From: Lachnospiraceae bacterium | GTDB lineage: Bacteria; Bacillota; Clostridia; Lachnospirales; Lachnospiraceae | Reading direction: 5' to 3' | DNA: 64,000 bases | NCBI GenBank assembly: GCA_016293925.1 | Contig: JAEDCX010000003.1 | Location: 1,154-65,153 of the forward strand | Shown: piece by piece, positions 21,687 through 30,562 of the stretch | How the letters are laid out: every line of letters begins with the position of its first letter | Position numbering within the stretch: position 1 is the stretch's first letter | Translations under genes and position numbers: made by a program | The notes under the pieces: model-generated | The model's input: only the letters and a program-made list of their open reading frames with translations | Told to the model about the DNA's origin: nothing | Database searches by the model: none

Positions 21687-22248
21687 ATCCACACCTCCTT
21701 AATTTCTTCAGGGCATTCTGATACCGCCAGGTAACCGTTCCCATGGGAATGCCAAGCACATTCGATATCTCCTGGAATGTCATATCCCCCATGATCTTCA
21801 TATGGACAACCTGTCTCTCCGCATCAGACAATTGCTCCAGTGCCTGACTGATTGCCATGTCCCCCACTACCGCATTCTCCACATCGCTCCCCGGCTGGCC
21901 GTGGGATCTTCCCGAAGTACTCACTACTTCCTCATCACCTGCTGCCACATCCGGTATCTCTTCCGTCAATTGTTCTCTTTTGTGTGCGCGCAGGAAATCG
22001 ATTGCCATATTCCTGGCGATGGTACTCATCCAGGCCCTGTGGCCCCTGCCCTGCCGGTAGCGGTCCGCCAGCTCCCACAATCGGATAAAGAAATCCGCAG
22101 TCACATCCTCCGCATTCTCTCTGTTTCCGAGAACCCTTAAGATCACTGCATAGATATACGATATGTATGCCTCATAGATCCCCTTCAGGCCATCCTTATC
22201 CCCTTGGCGGATTCGCTCGCAGCATACGCCAAACTGTTCCTCTGTCAT
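21679..22248 (-). CDS. ECF-type RNA polymerase sigma-70 family factor
   Basis: Region 2 (DVTADFFIRLWE...) and region 4 HTH (MTFQEISNVLGIPMGTVTWRYQNALKKL). Confidence 0.85.
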   Translation of the reverse strand: MTEEQFGVCCERIRQGDKDGLKGIYEAYISYIYAVILRVLGNRENAEDVTADFFIRLWELADRYRQGRGHRAWMSTIARNMAIDFLRAHKREQLTEEIPDVAAGDEEVVSTSGRSHGQPGSDVENAVVGDMAISQALEQLSDAERQVVHMKIMGDMTFQEISNVLGIPMGTVTWRYQNALKKLRRCGYE

Positions 22249-22457
22249 GCTGAAGCTCCCTCTGATTCCCGGGATTTGCAGCCCCTCTGACAGGGATACG
22301 AATCCGGAATCCGTTTTTTATGGTTCTATCTGCAAAAAATTATTGTCGTATCACGTTTTCTCACGCATCGTTGCCTTGATGGGGTTGATACCCGCCGCCT
22401 CTGACCGGGTCATCTCCGGATTCTCCTGCAGGTATCGTTCCAACCGGTCCCCCTCTT

Positions 22458-22871
22458 CTACAGCACCATCACCAGTGTTCCCGCCGTGATCAGAATACAT
22501 CCCACAGCAGATTTGACTGTAAAATCTTCATGTAGGAACACGAATGCCAGAATCAGTGTGATCACAACACTCATCTTATCTATCGGGACAACCTTGGAGG
22601 CTGCGCCTGACTGCAACGCCCTGTAATAACACAGCCAGGACGCTCCCGTTGCCAGTCCGGACAGAATCAAGAAGATCCAGCTTTTCCTGCTGATCTGTGT
22701 GATTCCCCCGATTCCATGCGTCAGAAACACCATTCCCCACGCCATCGCCACCACCACCACCGTTCGGATGGCGGTTGCCAGATGGGAATTCACCCCTTCA
22801 ATGCCTACTTTCGCCAATATGGATGTCAGCGCCGCGAATACGGCAGACAGAATTGCCATCACAACCCACAT
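22458..22871 (-). CDS. single-EamA-domain (DMT superfamily) small transporter
   Basis: 137 aa with 4-5 TM helices and an EamA-like sequence. ATG at 22871 after GAAGGAAAG. Confidence 0.7.
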   Translation of the reverse strand: MWVVMAILSAVFAALTSILAKVGIEGVNSHLATAIRTVVVVAMAWGMVFLTHGIGGITQISRKSWIFLILSGLATGASWLCYYRALQSGAASKVVPIDKMSVVITLILAFVFLHEDFTVKSAVGCILITAGTLVMVL

Positions 22872-22894
22872 AATCTTTCCTTCTTTCCGCACAC

Positions 22895-24535
22895 TCACCT
22901 GTTATTTCCTTCTTCGATGATTTTCTCGTACAAATCCAGACCGAAGCTTGTCAGTTCCGGCACGCTCTGGATCATTTTATAGGTACGGCTGCCGTCCTCT
23001 TTTCGCTCCGCGGACAGAAATGCAACACCGCTGTCTGCCCCCTCCTGCTCCCGTGCGGATGCCTCCGCGTAGATCTTCTGCGCAAAAGACAACAGATGTG
23101 TCACCGAGAGAATCTTGACGCCTGCCTCCGTCAACGCCCGGATAATATCGTAGCAGATCTCGGAACCGTCCTTTTCGGTAGTAGTTGCAAAGGATTCATT
23201 CAGCAGTATCAGGGAATCCGGTCCCAGATTCCGGATAATCTGATCCATCCTGCGAAGCTCCTCATCCAGTCGTCCGCTGTTCATCTGGGAATCCTCCCGC
23301 CTCGTGAAATGCATGAACAGCGAAGGGAATATCCCGCTCTCATACCGTTCTGCCACCACCATCAGTCCGCACTGCATCATCACCTGGGCAATACCGATGC
23401 TCCTCAAGAAGGTGGATTTACCGCCCTGATTGGCTCCCGTAACGATAATGAGCATCTTATGCTTCATCTCACAACTGTTCCCCACCGCAGTAATCCGTTG
23501 TCCCAGGCACATAACGAATTCTTTCAGGTTGTCAAACGATAACCCGTCCTGTGTCCCCACATCCGGGTAACAATAATCCAGTTCAAACCGGTGAATGTGA
23601 TGAATCAGGTTCACCGCCCCCACATAAAAGGCGGTCTGGAAGTGCAGGGCGTCAAAGAAATTCTCGAACGCCTGCAGGAAGGGTTCTGTATAGGACATGA
23701 TATACTTTACCACGGCGTATTCCAACGCGGCAGTCTGCTTTCTGGCTTGCGGTGTGGCATCGCAGGAAACAGAATCCGGCGTAAGGGAATCCAGATACCC
23801 CTGAATCCTAGAAATGGTCCCTTTGGGATTGCGGTATTTCCGGTTGATCGTTTCAATCGATTCCAGTCTGAAATCCTGAAACCGCAGATCACTGCCAAGC
23901 CCACAGCCCAGCACAATCCTCGGGACCCGGATGGTTGCCCTGGTGTCATCCGTCGCATCATCATCCACATAAAAGGCGATCCGGCTGCTGAGTTCTGACA
24001 ATTCCGCTTCCCATTCCGTGGGAAACTCCTCCGTGAAGCGATCGCAGAGGCTCCCGAGACCTTCGGACTGCACTTTGTCCCGGTATTCGTTCAAAAGAGC
24101 ACGCAACGACCCCAGCGTCCCCAGGAACAAACGGAACTCATACACTCTGGTAATCAGCTTGCTGGCATTGTCCCTGCCGGCATTCCTGCCATTCACATAT
24201 CGGCCCAGCTTCTCCCACTCCAGGAGCATATTCTCTGACAGTTCATAGAGACTGCGGATCAGGGCCTCATTCTCAATGCAGTCAGCAATCACATGCTGAC
24301 GATACCGGATCTCCCCTTCCGTGCCAAGAGGCGTCATCATCACCTTGTGCATCACATCCGTGATGAATCCGTCCGCATCGGAGACTTTCCGCACCTGACC
24401 ATTCTCGTAGAGTACTTTTTTGCCGGCAACCGAATACAGAAGATTCAGCCCAAGATCCCGGGTAATATTCTTCTCGTCAAAATACATCTCCGGCCTGGTC
24501 CATTCCCGGTCCGGATACAATAGCAGCGCCTTCAT
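22895..24535 (-). CDS. MutS domain V-only ATPase (MutS-related, partner B)
   Basis: Walker A GANQGGKSTF, then LILLNESFATTT, then SVTHLLSF. No mismatch-binding domain I and no Smr domain. Confidence 0.8.
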   Translation of the reverse strand: MKALLLYPDREWTRPEMYFDEKNITRDLGLNLLYSVAGKKVLYENGQVRKVSDADGFITDVMHKVMMTPLGTEGEIRYRQHVIADCIENEALIRSLYELSENMLLEWEKLGRYVNGRNAGRDNASKLITRVYEFRLFLGTLGSLRALLNEYRDKVQSEGLGSLCDRFTEEFPTEWEAELSELSSRIAFYVDDDATDDTRATIRVPRIVLGCGLGSDLRFQDFRLESIETINRKYRNPKGTISRIQGYLDSLTPDSVSCDATPQARKQTAALEYAVVKYIMSYTEPFLQAFENFFDALHFQTAFYVGAVNLIHHIHRFELDYCYPDVGTQDGLSFDNLKEFVMCLGQRITAVGNSCEMKHKMLIIVTGANQGGKSTFLRSIGIAQVMMQCGLMVVAERYESGIFPSLFMHFTRREDSQMNSGRLDEELRRMDQIIRNLGPDSLILLNESFATTTEKDGSEICYDIIRALTEAGVKILSVTHLLSFAQKIYAEASAREQEGADSGVAFLSAERKEDGSRTYKMIQSVPELTSFGLDLYEKIIEEGNNR

Positions 24536-26031
24536 CCCAGTCTCTCCTTCAGCTTCTCGTATGTCAGACCGTATTTCTTCACCTGATTGGCGGCACAGTT
24601 CGTATATTCCATAACCGCCCGCTCAATTTTGAAGGTCTGAACACCCTTGTCATCCAGTCTTGCACACAATCCGACAGCTCTGTCCTGTGCCTCCAGCAGT
24701 TCTGACAGATGTGTCACATATATTCCATGGCACTCTCTGTCCACAAAGTGTTTCAGGACTTTTTTCCCCATGATGCATGCGTCATAATTGGCTGCGGTGG
24801 TGAATAATTCATTGATAATCACGAAAGAATTCCTCCCCGCCCCTTTCATCATCGGTGCCAGTCGTACCAGTTCCTCCATCAGTTTGCCTCGACCCGTTTC
24901 CACACTCTCTTCCACAGAGAAATGGGTCAGCAGATGGGTGAAAAAGTGGATATTGGCAGTCTTCGCCGGAACCTTCAGCCCCATCTTGCCAAAGAAAATA
25001 AACTGTCCCAGGCTTCTGGCGAAGGTGGTCTTCCCTCCCTGGTTCGGCCCTGTCAGCACATAGAACAATTCATCCTTATCATAGTAAAAGTCATTGGAAA
25101 CAACGCTTCCACCCCTGTCCGCATTCGCAATGAAAAGAGCAAGGTCATACAATCCGTCCCCCCGGATGATCTCCTCTTCCTGTTCGGTGGGAAGGACGAA
25201 AGCCGCACCCTTTTGAGCAAGCGTCTGCTCCAGCCTCATGAAGCTGAGATAGAAGGGTATCTCCTGGAAAAACAGTGCAATCCATTCTTCCTGCATGTTC
25301 TTTTGCTCCTTGAACATAACGCCGATTCTGCGGAAGAGGTCCGGTTGCTTCTTGCGGAAGATCTCCATCAGTTCCAGCTCCAGTCCCTCTAATTCGTCGC
25401 TCTCCGAAAAGGGGCTCTCCAACACAGTCCTGTGACCGGATCCAAGCCTTGAAAGGGTGCTCTCATAAGTAGCAGGGCACTCCTTTTCCGTAAGAACAAT
25501 GCGCTTATTCTCATAGGTCAGCGTAAAGCGTGTTCCGGCCATGTGTTCCCGAATCCATGCGGTCTGTTGTGAAAGCGACTGAAACGATTCGCCGGCAACA
25601 TAGGTATCCAGGGCTTCCGATATTCTCCGGAACCCCTCCGATGCAAACGGCTTCCCGGTCAGGCCTTCGTGAAGCATCTGTACCGCATCACAATAGAGTG
25701 CAAGTTCACTCACGTAGAGCATCGCCTGCCGCATGGGCTGTCCGGACCGTTCTCTTACCTGTGCCAGCCGGAGACAGCCGTCATAGGTCTCCCAGGCACG
25801 TTCCAACATATCGCTGAGATTCCGGGACTCGATCTCCCAATACACATCCCTGCGGTATTGCACCGCTTCCGGGCTCTGGGGGAAATAACCATAGAAATGC
25901 TTTACGTCCCTGCCCCAGAGTTTTGAGATTCTGTCTATGATCCGATTCAGGTTCAGGTCCGCAACAAATTCCGTAGAAATGAATTCCTTGCTGTTCACCG
26001 GTTCCAAATCCAGAATACTGATATACTCCAT
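24532..26031 (-). CDS. MutS domain V-only ATPase (MutS-related, partner A)
   Basis: Walker A GPNQGGKTTF, then FVIINELFTTA, then YVTHLSEL. ATG at 26031 after GAGGTG. ATGA overlap with partner B. Confidence 0.8.
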   Translation of the reverse strand: MEYISILDLEPVNSKEFISTEFVADLNLNRIIDRISKLWGRDVKHFYGYFPQSPEAVQYRRDVYWEIESRNLSDMLERAWETYDGCLRLAQVRERSGQPMRQAMLYVSELALYCDAVQMLHEGLTGKPFASEGFRRISEALDTYVAGESFQSLSQQTAWIREHMAGTRFTLTYENKRIVLTEKECPATYESTLSRLGSGHRTVLESPFSESDELEGLELELMEIFRKKQPDLFRRIGVMFKEQKNMQEEWIALFFQEIPFYLSFMRLEQTLAQKGAAFVLPTEQEEEIIRGDGLYDLALFIANADRGGSVVSNDFYYDKDELFYVLTGPNQGGKTTFARSLGQFIFFGKMGLKVPAKTANIHFFTHLLTHFSVEESVETGRGKLMEELVRLAPMMKGAGRNSFVIINELFTTAANYDACIMGKKVLKHFVDRECHGIYVTHLSELLEAQDRAVGLCARLDDKGVQTFKIERAVMEYTNCAANQVKKYGLTYEKLKERLG

Positions 26032-26032
26032 G

Positions 26033-27634
26033 CTACACCTCACCTGCTAACCGATTCGCTTCCAGCCAGCCGATTATCTCATCCAGTCTGGTCATCTTTG
26101 CTGTCAACAGTCTGCTGATCTCCTCGTCCGGCTCGGACTGATCCGGCACCATAATGACGTCAATGCCTGCCCGTCTGGCAGAACGGATGCCGTTGGGTGC
26201 ATCCTCCACCGCGACACATTCCGATGGTGCAAGGCCCAGCTGCTCACAGGCGTACAGGTACACCTTGGGCGATGGTTTTCCCTCATCCACCATGGTTGCA
26301 CTGATCAGCCTGTCCACATAGTCCGCAAGCCCCGTCCGTTTCAGATACTCTGTCGCACGATCCGGGTCTGTGGCTGTCACAATGGCAGTGATAACCCCCC
26401 GGCTGCGGAGGTAGGATAACAGTTCCATGGCACCTGCTTTGCGCTGCATTCCGTGTTCCGCAATATAGTCATCGAAGTATTGTTTGCGGATTCGACGTGC
26501 ACCGTCATAGTCGAAATCCGCTCCGAACCACTCCCGGAACCTGGCCGGTGCATAGGGACGACCCAGAGAACGCATCTCCAGATACTGGTCATCTGTCATG
26601 GTATAGCCGAGACCTGCCATGGTTTTCGGCCAGATCTGCCGGTAGATCTTCTCAGTGTCAATCAGGGTACCGTCCAGATCAAAGAGTACTGCTTTCAGGC
26701 TGCGGCGGGACGTACCGGCATTCACACCAGCGATCCATCCCGTAAGACCACGCGGCAGGCGCGCTTCCATAGGCGTTCCGTCATCAAACATCAGATTCGC
26801 CTGCACCGCATTGATCAGACAATGTTGCCCCATCTCCGTACCGCCATATATGGTTGCGATTCCGTGGTCCCCGTTGTATACCCATTCCGGAGTGTAGAGG
26901 AAGCAGTGCTTCATGGCGCGTAGCCGGTCCAGTCGGGGTGCCACCTCTGCTTCAAAGCTATGGAATTCATCCCGCTTACCATAGGCGTAGAACAGATGAA
27001 TCCCTGCCGCATCGTACGCATCCAGTTTCTCGTCCTCCGGTATATAAGCCGATCCCACCGGAATCAGACAGTCGAAGAAGCCAAGATACCGGTTCGCCAT
27101 AATGAAGGTAAAATAGGCTCCGGAAGAATTCCCGATCAAGAATTTCTTCCCGACGCCATTCGTATGCTTTTCCACAAATTCGTTGATCAGTTCATACAGC
27201 GGCTCCACATATTCATCCGACCAGTATCCCTTCGTTTTACCGTCCTCGTCCCGGTATTCATTGGCAACCGGAACCAGAATATAGGCCCCGCCCAGATCCT
27301 GCTGATAGTTCTCGGACGCATAATACTCTGCCCCCGCATAACTGATACACACGTCCCCAACCAGGGAATTGCCCGTTCCGTGCAGGAAAATCAGCAGCGG
27401 ATACTCTTTTCCCCGGGGATACCCGTGCTTCGTGGGATCATAGAAGAAGTAATTCATGGACTGTACAGCCGTGTCCGATGTCTGGAATGCCGATGCATTC
27501 CGTGGCTGTTTCCTCACATAGCAGTCACGCTCATACCGGTCAAAATATCTGCCGCACACATAAGTTGCTCCCGGAGACAAAAAAGCACCCTCCGGCATCT
27601 CGTCCGCCCACGGCGGTGTCGGTCTGTCGTTCAT
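26033..27634 (-). CDS. alpha/beta-hydrolase (esterase-like) fused to a HAD-family phosphatase domain
   Basis: N-terminal half has LIFLHGTGNS and the nucleophile elbow GNSSG. C-terminal half has HAD motif I DLDGTLIDTE and VEDAPNGIRSA. ATG at 27634 after GGGAGG; the ORF-track N-terminal extension overlaps the amt gene and is rejected. Confidence 0.75.
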   Translation of the reverse strand: MNDRPTPPWADEMPEGAFLSPGATYVCGRYFDRYERDCYVRKQPRNASAFQTSDTAVQSMNYFFYDPTKHGYPRGKEYPLLIFLHGTGNSLVGDVCISYAGAEYYASENYQQDLGGAYILVPVANEYRDEDGKTKGYWSDEYVEPLYELINEFVEKHTNGVGKKFLIGNSSGAYFTFIMANRYLGFFDCLIPVGSAYIPEDEKLDAYDAAGIHLFYAYGKRDEFHSFEAEVAPRLDRLRAMKHCFLYTPEWVYNGDHGIATIYGGTEMGQHCLINAVQANLMFDDGTPMEARLPRGLTGWIAGVNAGTSRRSLKAVLFDLDGTLIDTEKIYRQIWPKTMAGLGYTMTDDQYLEMRSLGRPYAPARFREWFGADFDYDGARRIRKQYFDDYIAEHGMQRKAGAMELLSYLRSRGVITAIVTATDPDRATEYLKRTGLADYVDRLISATMVDEGKPSPKVYLYACEQLGLAPSECVAVEDAPNGIRSARRAGIDVIMVPDQSEPDEEISRLLTAKMTRLDEIIGWLEANRLAGEV

Positions 27635-27726
27635 CAAAACCTCCCTGCGGAATCTTCGTTTGCTTTGTAGGACCTCCGCATCATGAGCATCCCGGATGAA
27701 TCGGATACTCTTTGGCTCTATTATAG

Positions 27727-27760
27727 CAAAAAGAATCCCGGAGCGAAACCGCCCCGGGAT
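27727..27760 (-). terminator. terminator after the Amt-PII gene
   Basis: ATCCCGG...CCGGGAT stem followed by UCUUUUU on the minus strand. A TATAAT box lies at 27720-27725. Confidence 0.6.
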
Positions 27761-27804
27761 CATTTCTGCCATGAATTTATGAGAATTGTTATCGGTGACC
27801 CAAT

Positions 27805-29607
27805 TTATTCCACATCCTGCAATGCAGCCAGGTCTTCCTCGCCGGTACGAACCTTTACGACTTTCGCCACATCGTATACGAAGATCTTGCCGTCTCCGAT
27901 ATGACCCGTGTAAAGAGCCGCCTTTGCTGCTTCGATCACAGTGTCTACAGGAATCTTGGATACCACAACTTCCACTTTTACCTTTGGTAACAGGGTTGTA
28001 TCCATCTCGACACCACGATATCTCTCGCCGGCACCCTTCTGGATACCGCATCCCATCACCTGTGTAACCGTCATACCGGTTACGCCCAGCTTATTCATTG
28101 CTTCTTTCAACTGTTCATAGCGGGCAAGTTTCGCAATGATAACCACCTTGTACATGCCTGTGGATACATTTGGCATCTTCTCCACTTTGACTGCGGCATT
28201 CTTCTGTACTTCGGAAGCGGATATATATTCATCATTACCAAGATCTGTATTTTCATTGACATCCATGGTCATACCGCTGGATACATCCATGATGGAGAAG
28301 CCTGAGTATGCAGATGCAAGACCATGCTCCGTAATATCCAGACCTGTGATCTCCTCCTCTTCGGAAGCGCGCAGTCCGACGATTGCTTTGATAATCAGGA
28401 ATGTAATGGTAATCGCTACCGCAGTCCAGGCTGCAATGGTGAGAACACCGATCAGCTGGGTTCCGAGGAGCTTGAAACCGCCGCCGTAGAAGAGACCCTT
28501 TCCGCAAATCTGGTTTAATCCGTACACTCTTACGCCATCCACCACTTCACCATATCCTCTTGTAAATGCAGGAGCGGTATCGGTTGCAAACAGACCAACT
28601 GCGATCGTCCCCCAGATACCGTTCATGCAGTGAACCGCAACGGCACCGACTGGATCATCAATATGTAATTTGTTGTCCAGAAGCCATACGCCGAATACAA
28701 CCAGAAGACCGGCTACCAGACCAATGATTATGGCACCAAGACCATCTACAACGTCGCAGGGAGCCGTGATTGCAACCAGACCTGCCAGGGAAGCGTTCAG
28801 ACACATGGACACATCCGGTTTTCCGTATTTCACCCAAGTGAAAATCATGGTAACGACCGTTGCAACCGCAGGCGCAATGGTTGTTGTCAGGAAAATGGAA
28901 CCGAGCTCTTCCGTTGTTGCGGCAGCTGCACCGTTGAAGCCGTACCAGCCGAACCACAGAATGAATACACCCAGCGCACCGATCGGAATGTTATGCCCCG
29001 GGAACGCATTGACTTTGGTTACTTTACCGTTTTTGTCCCTGGTGAACTTGCCGATTCTGGGTCCCAGAATCTTCGCACCAATCAGGGCGGAGATACCGCC
29101 GACCATGTGAATACATGCAGAACCTGCGAAATCGTGGAAGCCCATCTGTGCCAGCCATCCGCCGCCCCATACCCAGTGTGCCTCGATCGGATAGATCAGG
29201 GCGGAGATCACTGCGGAATAGATACAGTAGGATAAGAACTTGGTTCTCTCTGCCATGGCTCCGGATACGATGGTTGCTGTTGTTGCGCAGAATACTAAGT
29301 TAAATACGAAATTGGAAAAATCGAAATTTTCGAAATCGGTGAAAAGATCAAATCCGGGTTCTCCGATGAATCCGACCAGATCCTCTCCCAATAGTAAGCC
29401 TGCACCGATCAGTACGAACATCACGGTACCGATACAGAAATCCATCAGGTTTTTCATAATGATGTTTCCTGCATTTTTCGCTCTGGTGAAGCCTGTCTCA
29501 ACCATGGCAAAACCGGCCTGCATCCAGAATACCAGAGCTGCACCGATCAAAAACCAGACTGCGAACACGTTGTCACCAATCAGTTGTTTGATTGCTTCTT
29601 CTGTCAT
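27805..29607 (-). CDS. amt: ammonium transporter fused to a C-terminal P-II (GlnB/GlnK-like) domain
   Basis: Amt core (FWMQAGFAMVETGF...) plus about 115 aa of P-II fold (MYKVVIIAK...GDGKIFVYDV). ATG at 29607 after GAGGAGGAAAA. Confidence 0.88.
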   Translation of the reverse strand: MTEEAIKQLIGDNVFAVWFLIGAALVFWMQAGFAMVETGFTRAKNAGNIIMKNLMDFCIGTVMFVLIGAGLLLGEDLVGFIGEPGFDLFTDFENFDFSNFVFNLVFCATTATIVSGAMAERTKFLSYCIYSAVISALIYPIEAHWVWGGGWLAQMGFHDFAGSACIHMVGGISALIGAKILGPRIGKFTRDKNGKVTKVNAFPGHNIPIGALGVFILWFGWYGFNGAAAATTEELGSIFLTTTIAPAVATVVTMIFTWVKYGKPDVSMCLNASLAGLVAITAPCDVVDGLGAIIIGLVAGLLVVFGVWLLDNKLHIDDPVGAVAVHCMNGIWGTIAVGLFATDTAPAFTRGYGEVVDGVRVYGLNQICGKGLFYGGGFKLLGTQLIGVLTIAAWTAVAITITFLIIKAIVGLRASEEEEITGLDITEHGLASAYSGFSIMDVSSGMTMDVNENTDLGNDEYISASEVQKNAAVKVEKMPNVSTGMYKVVIIAKLARYEQLKEAMNKLGVTGMTVTQVMGCGIQKGAGERYRGVEMDTTLLPKVKVEVVVSKIPVDTVIEAAKAALYTGHIGDGKIFVYDVAKVVKVRTGEEDLAALQDVE

Positions 29608-29625
29608 AACGTTTTCCTCCTCATC

Positions 29626-29662
29626 AAAAAAGACGACACTCCCTCCTGCTCCACAGCGTCGT
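29626..29662 (-). terminator. leader terminator 2 (immediately upstream of the amt SD)
   Basis: 8-bp stem ACGACGCU/AGUGUCGU with one G-U pair and a 14-nt loop, followed by UUUUUU. Confidence 0.45.
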
Positions 29663-29719
29663 GGCTCACAAGTTCCTGTCATCTTTCTTATTGTACTTTC
29701 CTTCTCCTGGGATACCGGA

Positions 29720-29755
29720 AAAGAAAAAGGCGCTGAGTACTCTCTACTCAACGCC
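29720..29755 (-). terminator. leader terminator 1 (or terminator of the upstream ECF operon)
   Basis: 11-bp stem GGCGUUGAGUA/UACUCAGCGCC with a 5-nt loop, followed by UUUUUCUUUU. Confidence 0.7.
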
Positions 29756-29773
29756 TTCGTTTTGTATGGATTG

Positions 29774-29802
29774 ACTATAAAACCATCCGTCTGATTTGTC
29801 AA
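29774..29802 (-). promoter_or_regulatory. near-consensus promoter upstream of amt
   Basis: TTGACA-17 nt-TATAGT. Confidence 0.6.
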
Positions 29803-29869
29803 CTGTTTTTTTGCAAATTTTTCCGGAGTGAATTCCGGAGGGGGCTTTCCGGTCGAAACACTTCCCCTG

Positions 29870-30550
29870 TCACACGTGGTATTTCCGGATCATGCGGTTC
29901 ATCTTCCGTCCGAAAGGTCGGCGGATCAGGAGCAGAAAGATCACGTTGGAAACCGCGTAGGCAGCGGAAAAGGGTATCGCCGCAAGAACAGCAGCCCGGT
30001 ACGCCGCCGGTTCAAAGGTTTCCCGGGACCACAGAACGGTCCAGATATCCATCATGGCGGAATAGAGTATCCCCGCAAACACACCATACATGCACAGCAG
30101 AAGGACACTTTTCTTAAGCCACCGGGCCAGTACTCCGGCAAGCAGTCCCAGGAAACCGAATGCAAACATCTGGAACGGTGTCCAGGGTCCCTGCCCGAAA
30201 TAGAAATTGGACAGCACGGCAGTGAAGGTTCCGCACAGGAAACCCGCCTCACCGCCGAGGTACATCCCGGTCAGCACAATCACAGCTGTCATCGGTTTGA
30301 AACCGGGTACCATGGCAAACAGGAACCGCCCCATAACCGACAGTCCCGTCATCACTGCGATCAGAACAGTCCGGCGCAGATGGGACTGTTTGTGATCATA
30401 GCCCATTCCCACCAGCAGGACCGACACCAGGGCAATCGCCATGGAGATCCATGCATACTGTCGCTCTTTGAAGGCAAATACCCCCAGCAGAACCAGTCCT
30501 GCCGACAGGAACACTGCGATACTCTGTTTGATGACCACGGCTCTTGCCAT
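29870..30550 (-). CDS. ECF transporter S (substrate-capture) component, possibly cobalamin-specific
   Basis: 226-aa protein of about 6 TM helices, last gene of an EcfT/EcfA operon that sits behind a B12 riboswitch. Confidence 0.65.
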   Translation of the reverse strand: MARAVVIKQSIAVFLSAGLVLLGVFAFKERQYAWISMAIALVSVLLVGMGYDHKQSHLRRTVLIAVMTGLSVMGRFLFAMVPGFKPMTAVIVLTGMYLGGEAGFLCGTFTAVLSNFYFGQGPWTPFQMFAFGFLGLLAGVLARWLKKSVLLLCMYGVFAGILYSAMMDIWTVLWSRETFEPAAYRAAVLAAIPFSAAYAVSNVIFLLLIRRPFGRKMNRMIRKYHV

Positions 30551-30562
30551 ATTCTTTCCTCC

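Noticed and set aside
22249-22457. 209-nt gap upstream of the ECF sigma gene, searched for an ECF-type autoregulated promoter or a terminator of the EamA gene.
   Set aside because: No convincing GAAC-n16-CGTC-like promoter or stem-loop with U-run was found. Only a TCCGGA palindrome is present.
27635-28051. 139-codon N-terminal extension of the hydrolase-HAD ORF in the ORF track.
   Set aside because: It overlaps the 3' end of the Amt-PII gene in another frame and has an Arg/Cys/Gly-rich composition. A GGGAGG SD sits directly before the internal ATG at 27634.
29608-29730. In-frame upstream ATG (MTGTCEPRRCGAGG...) as an alternative amt start or leader peptide.
   Set aside because: It has a weak SD (AAGAAAG) and the peptide would be translated through the terminator-2 hairpin. 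A far stronger GAGGAGGAAAA SD precedes the ATG at 29607. A leader-peptide role cannot be excluded.
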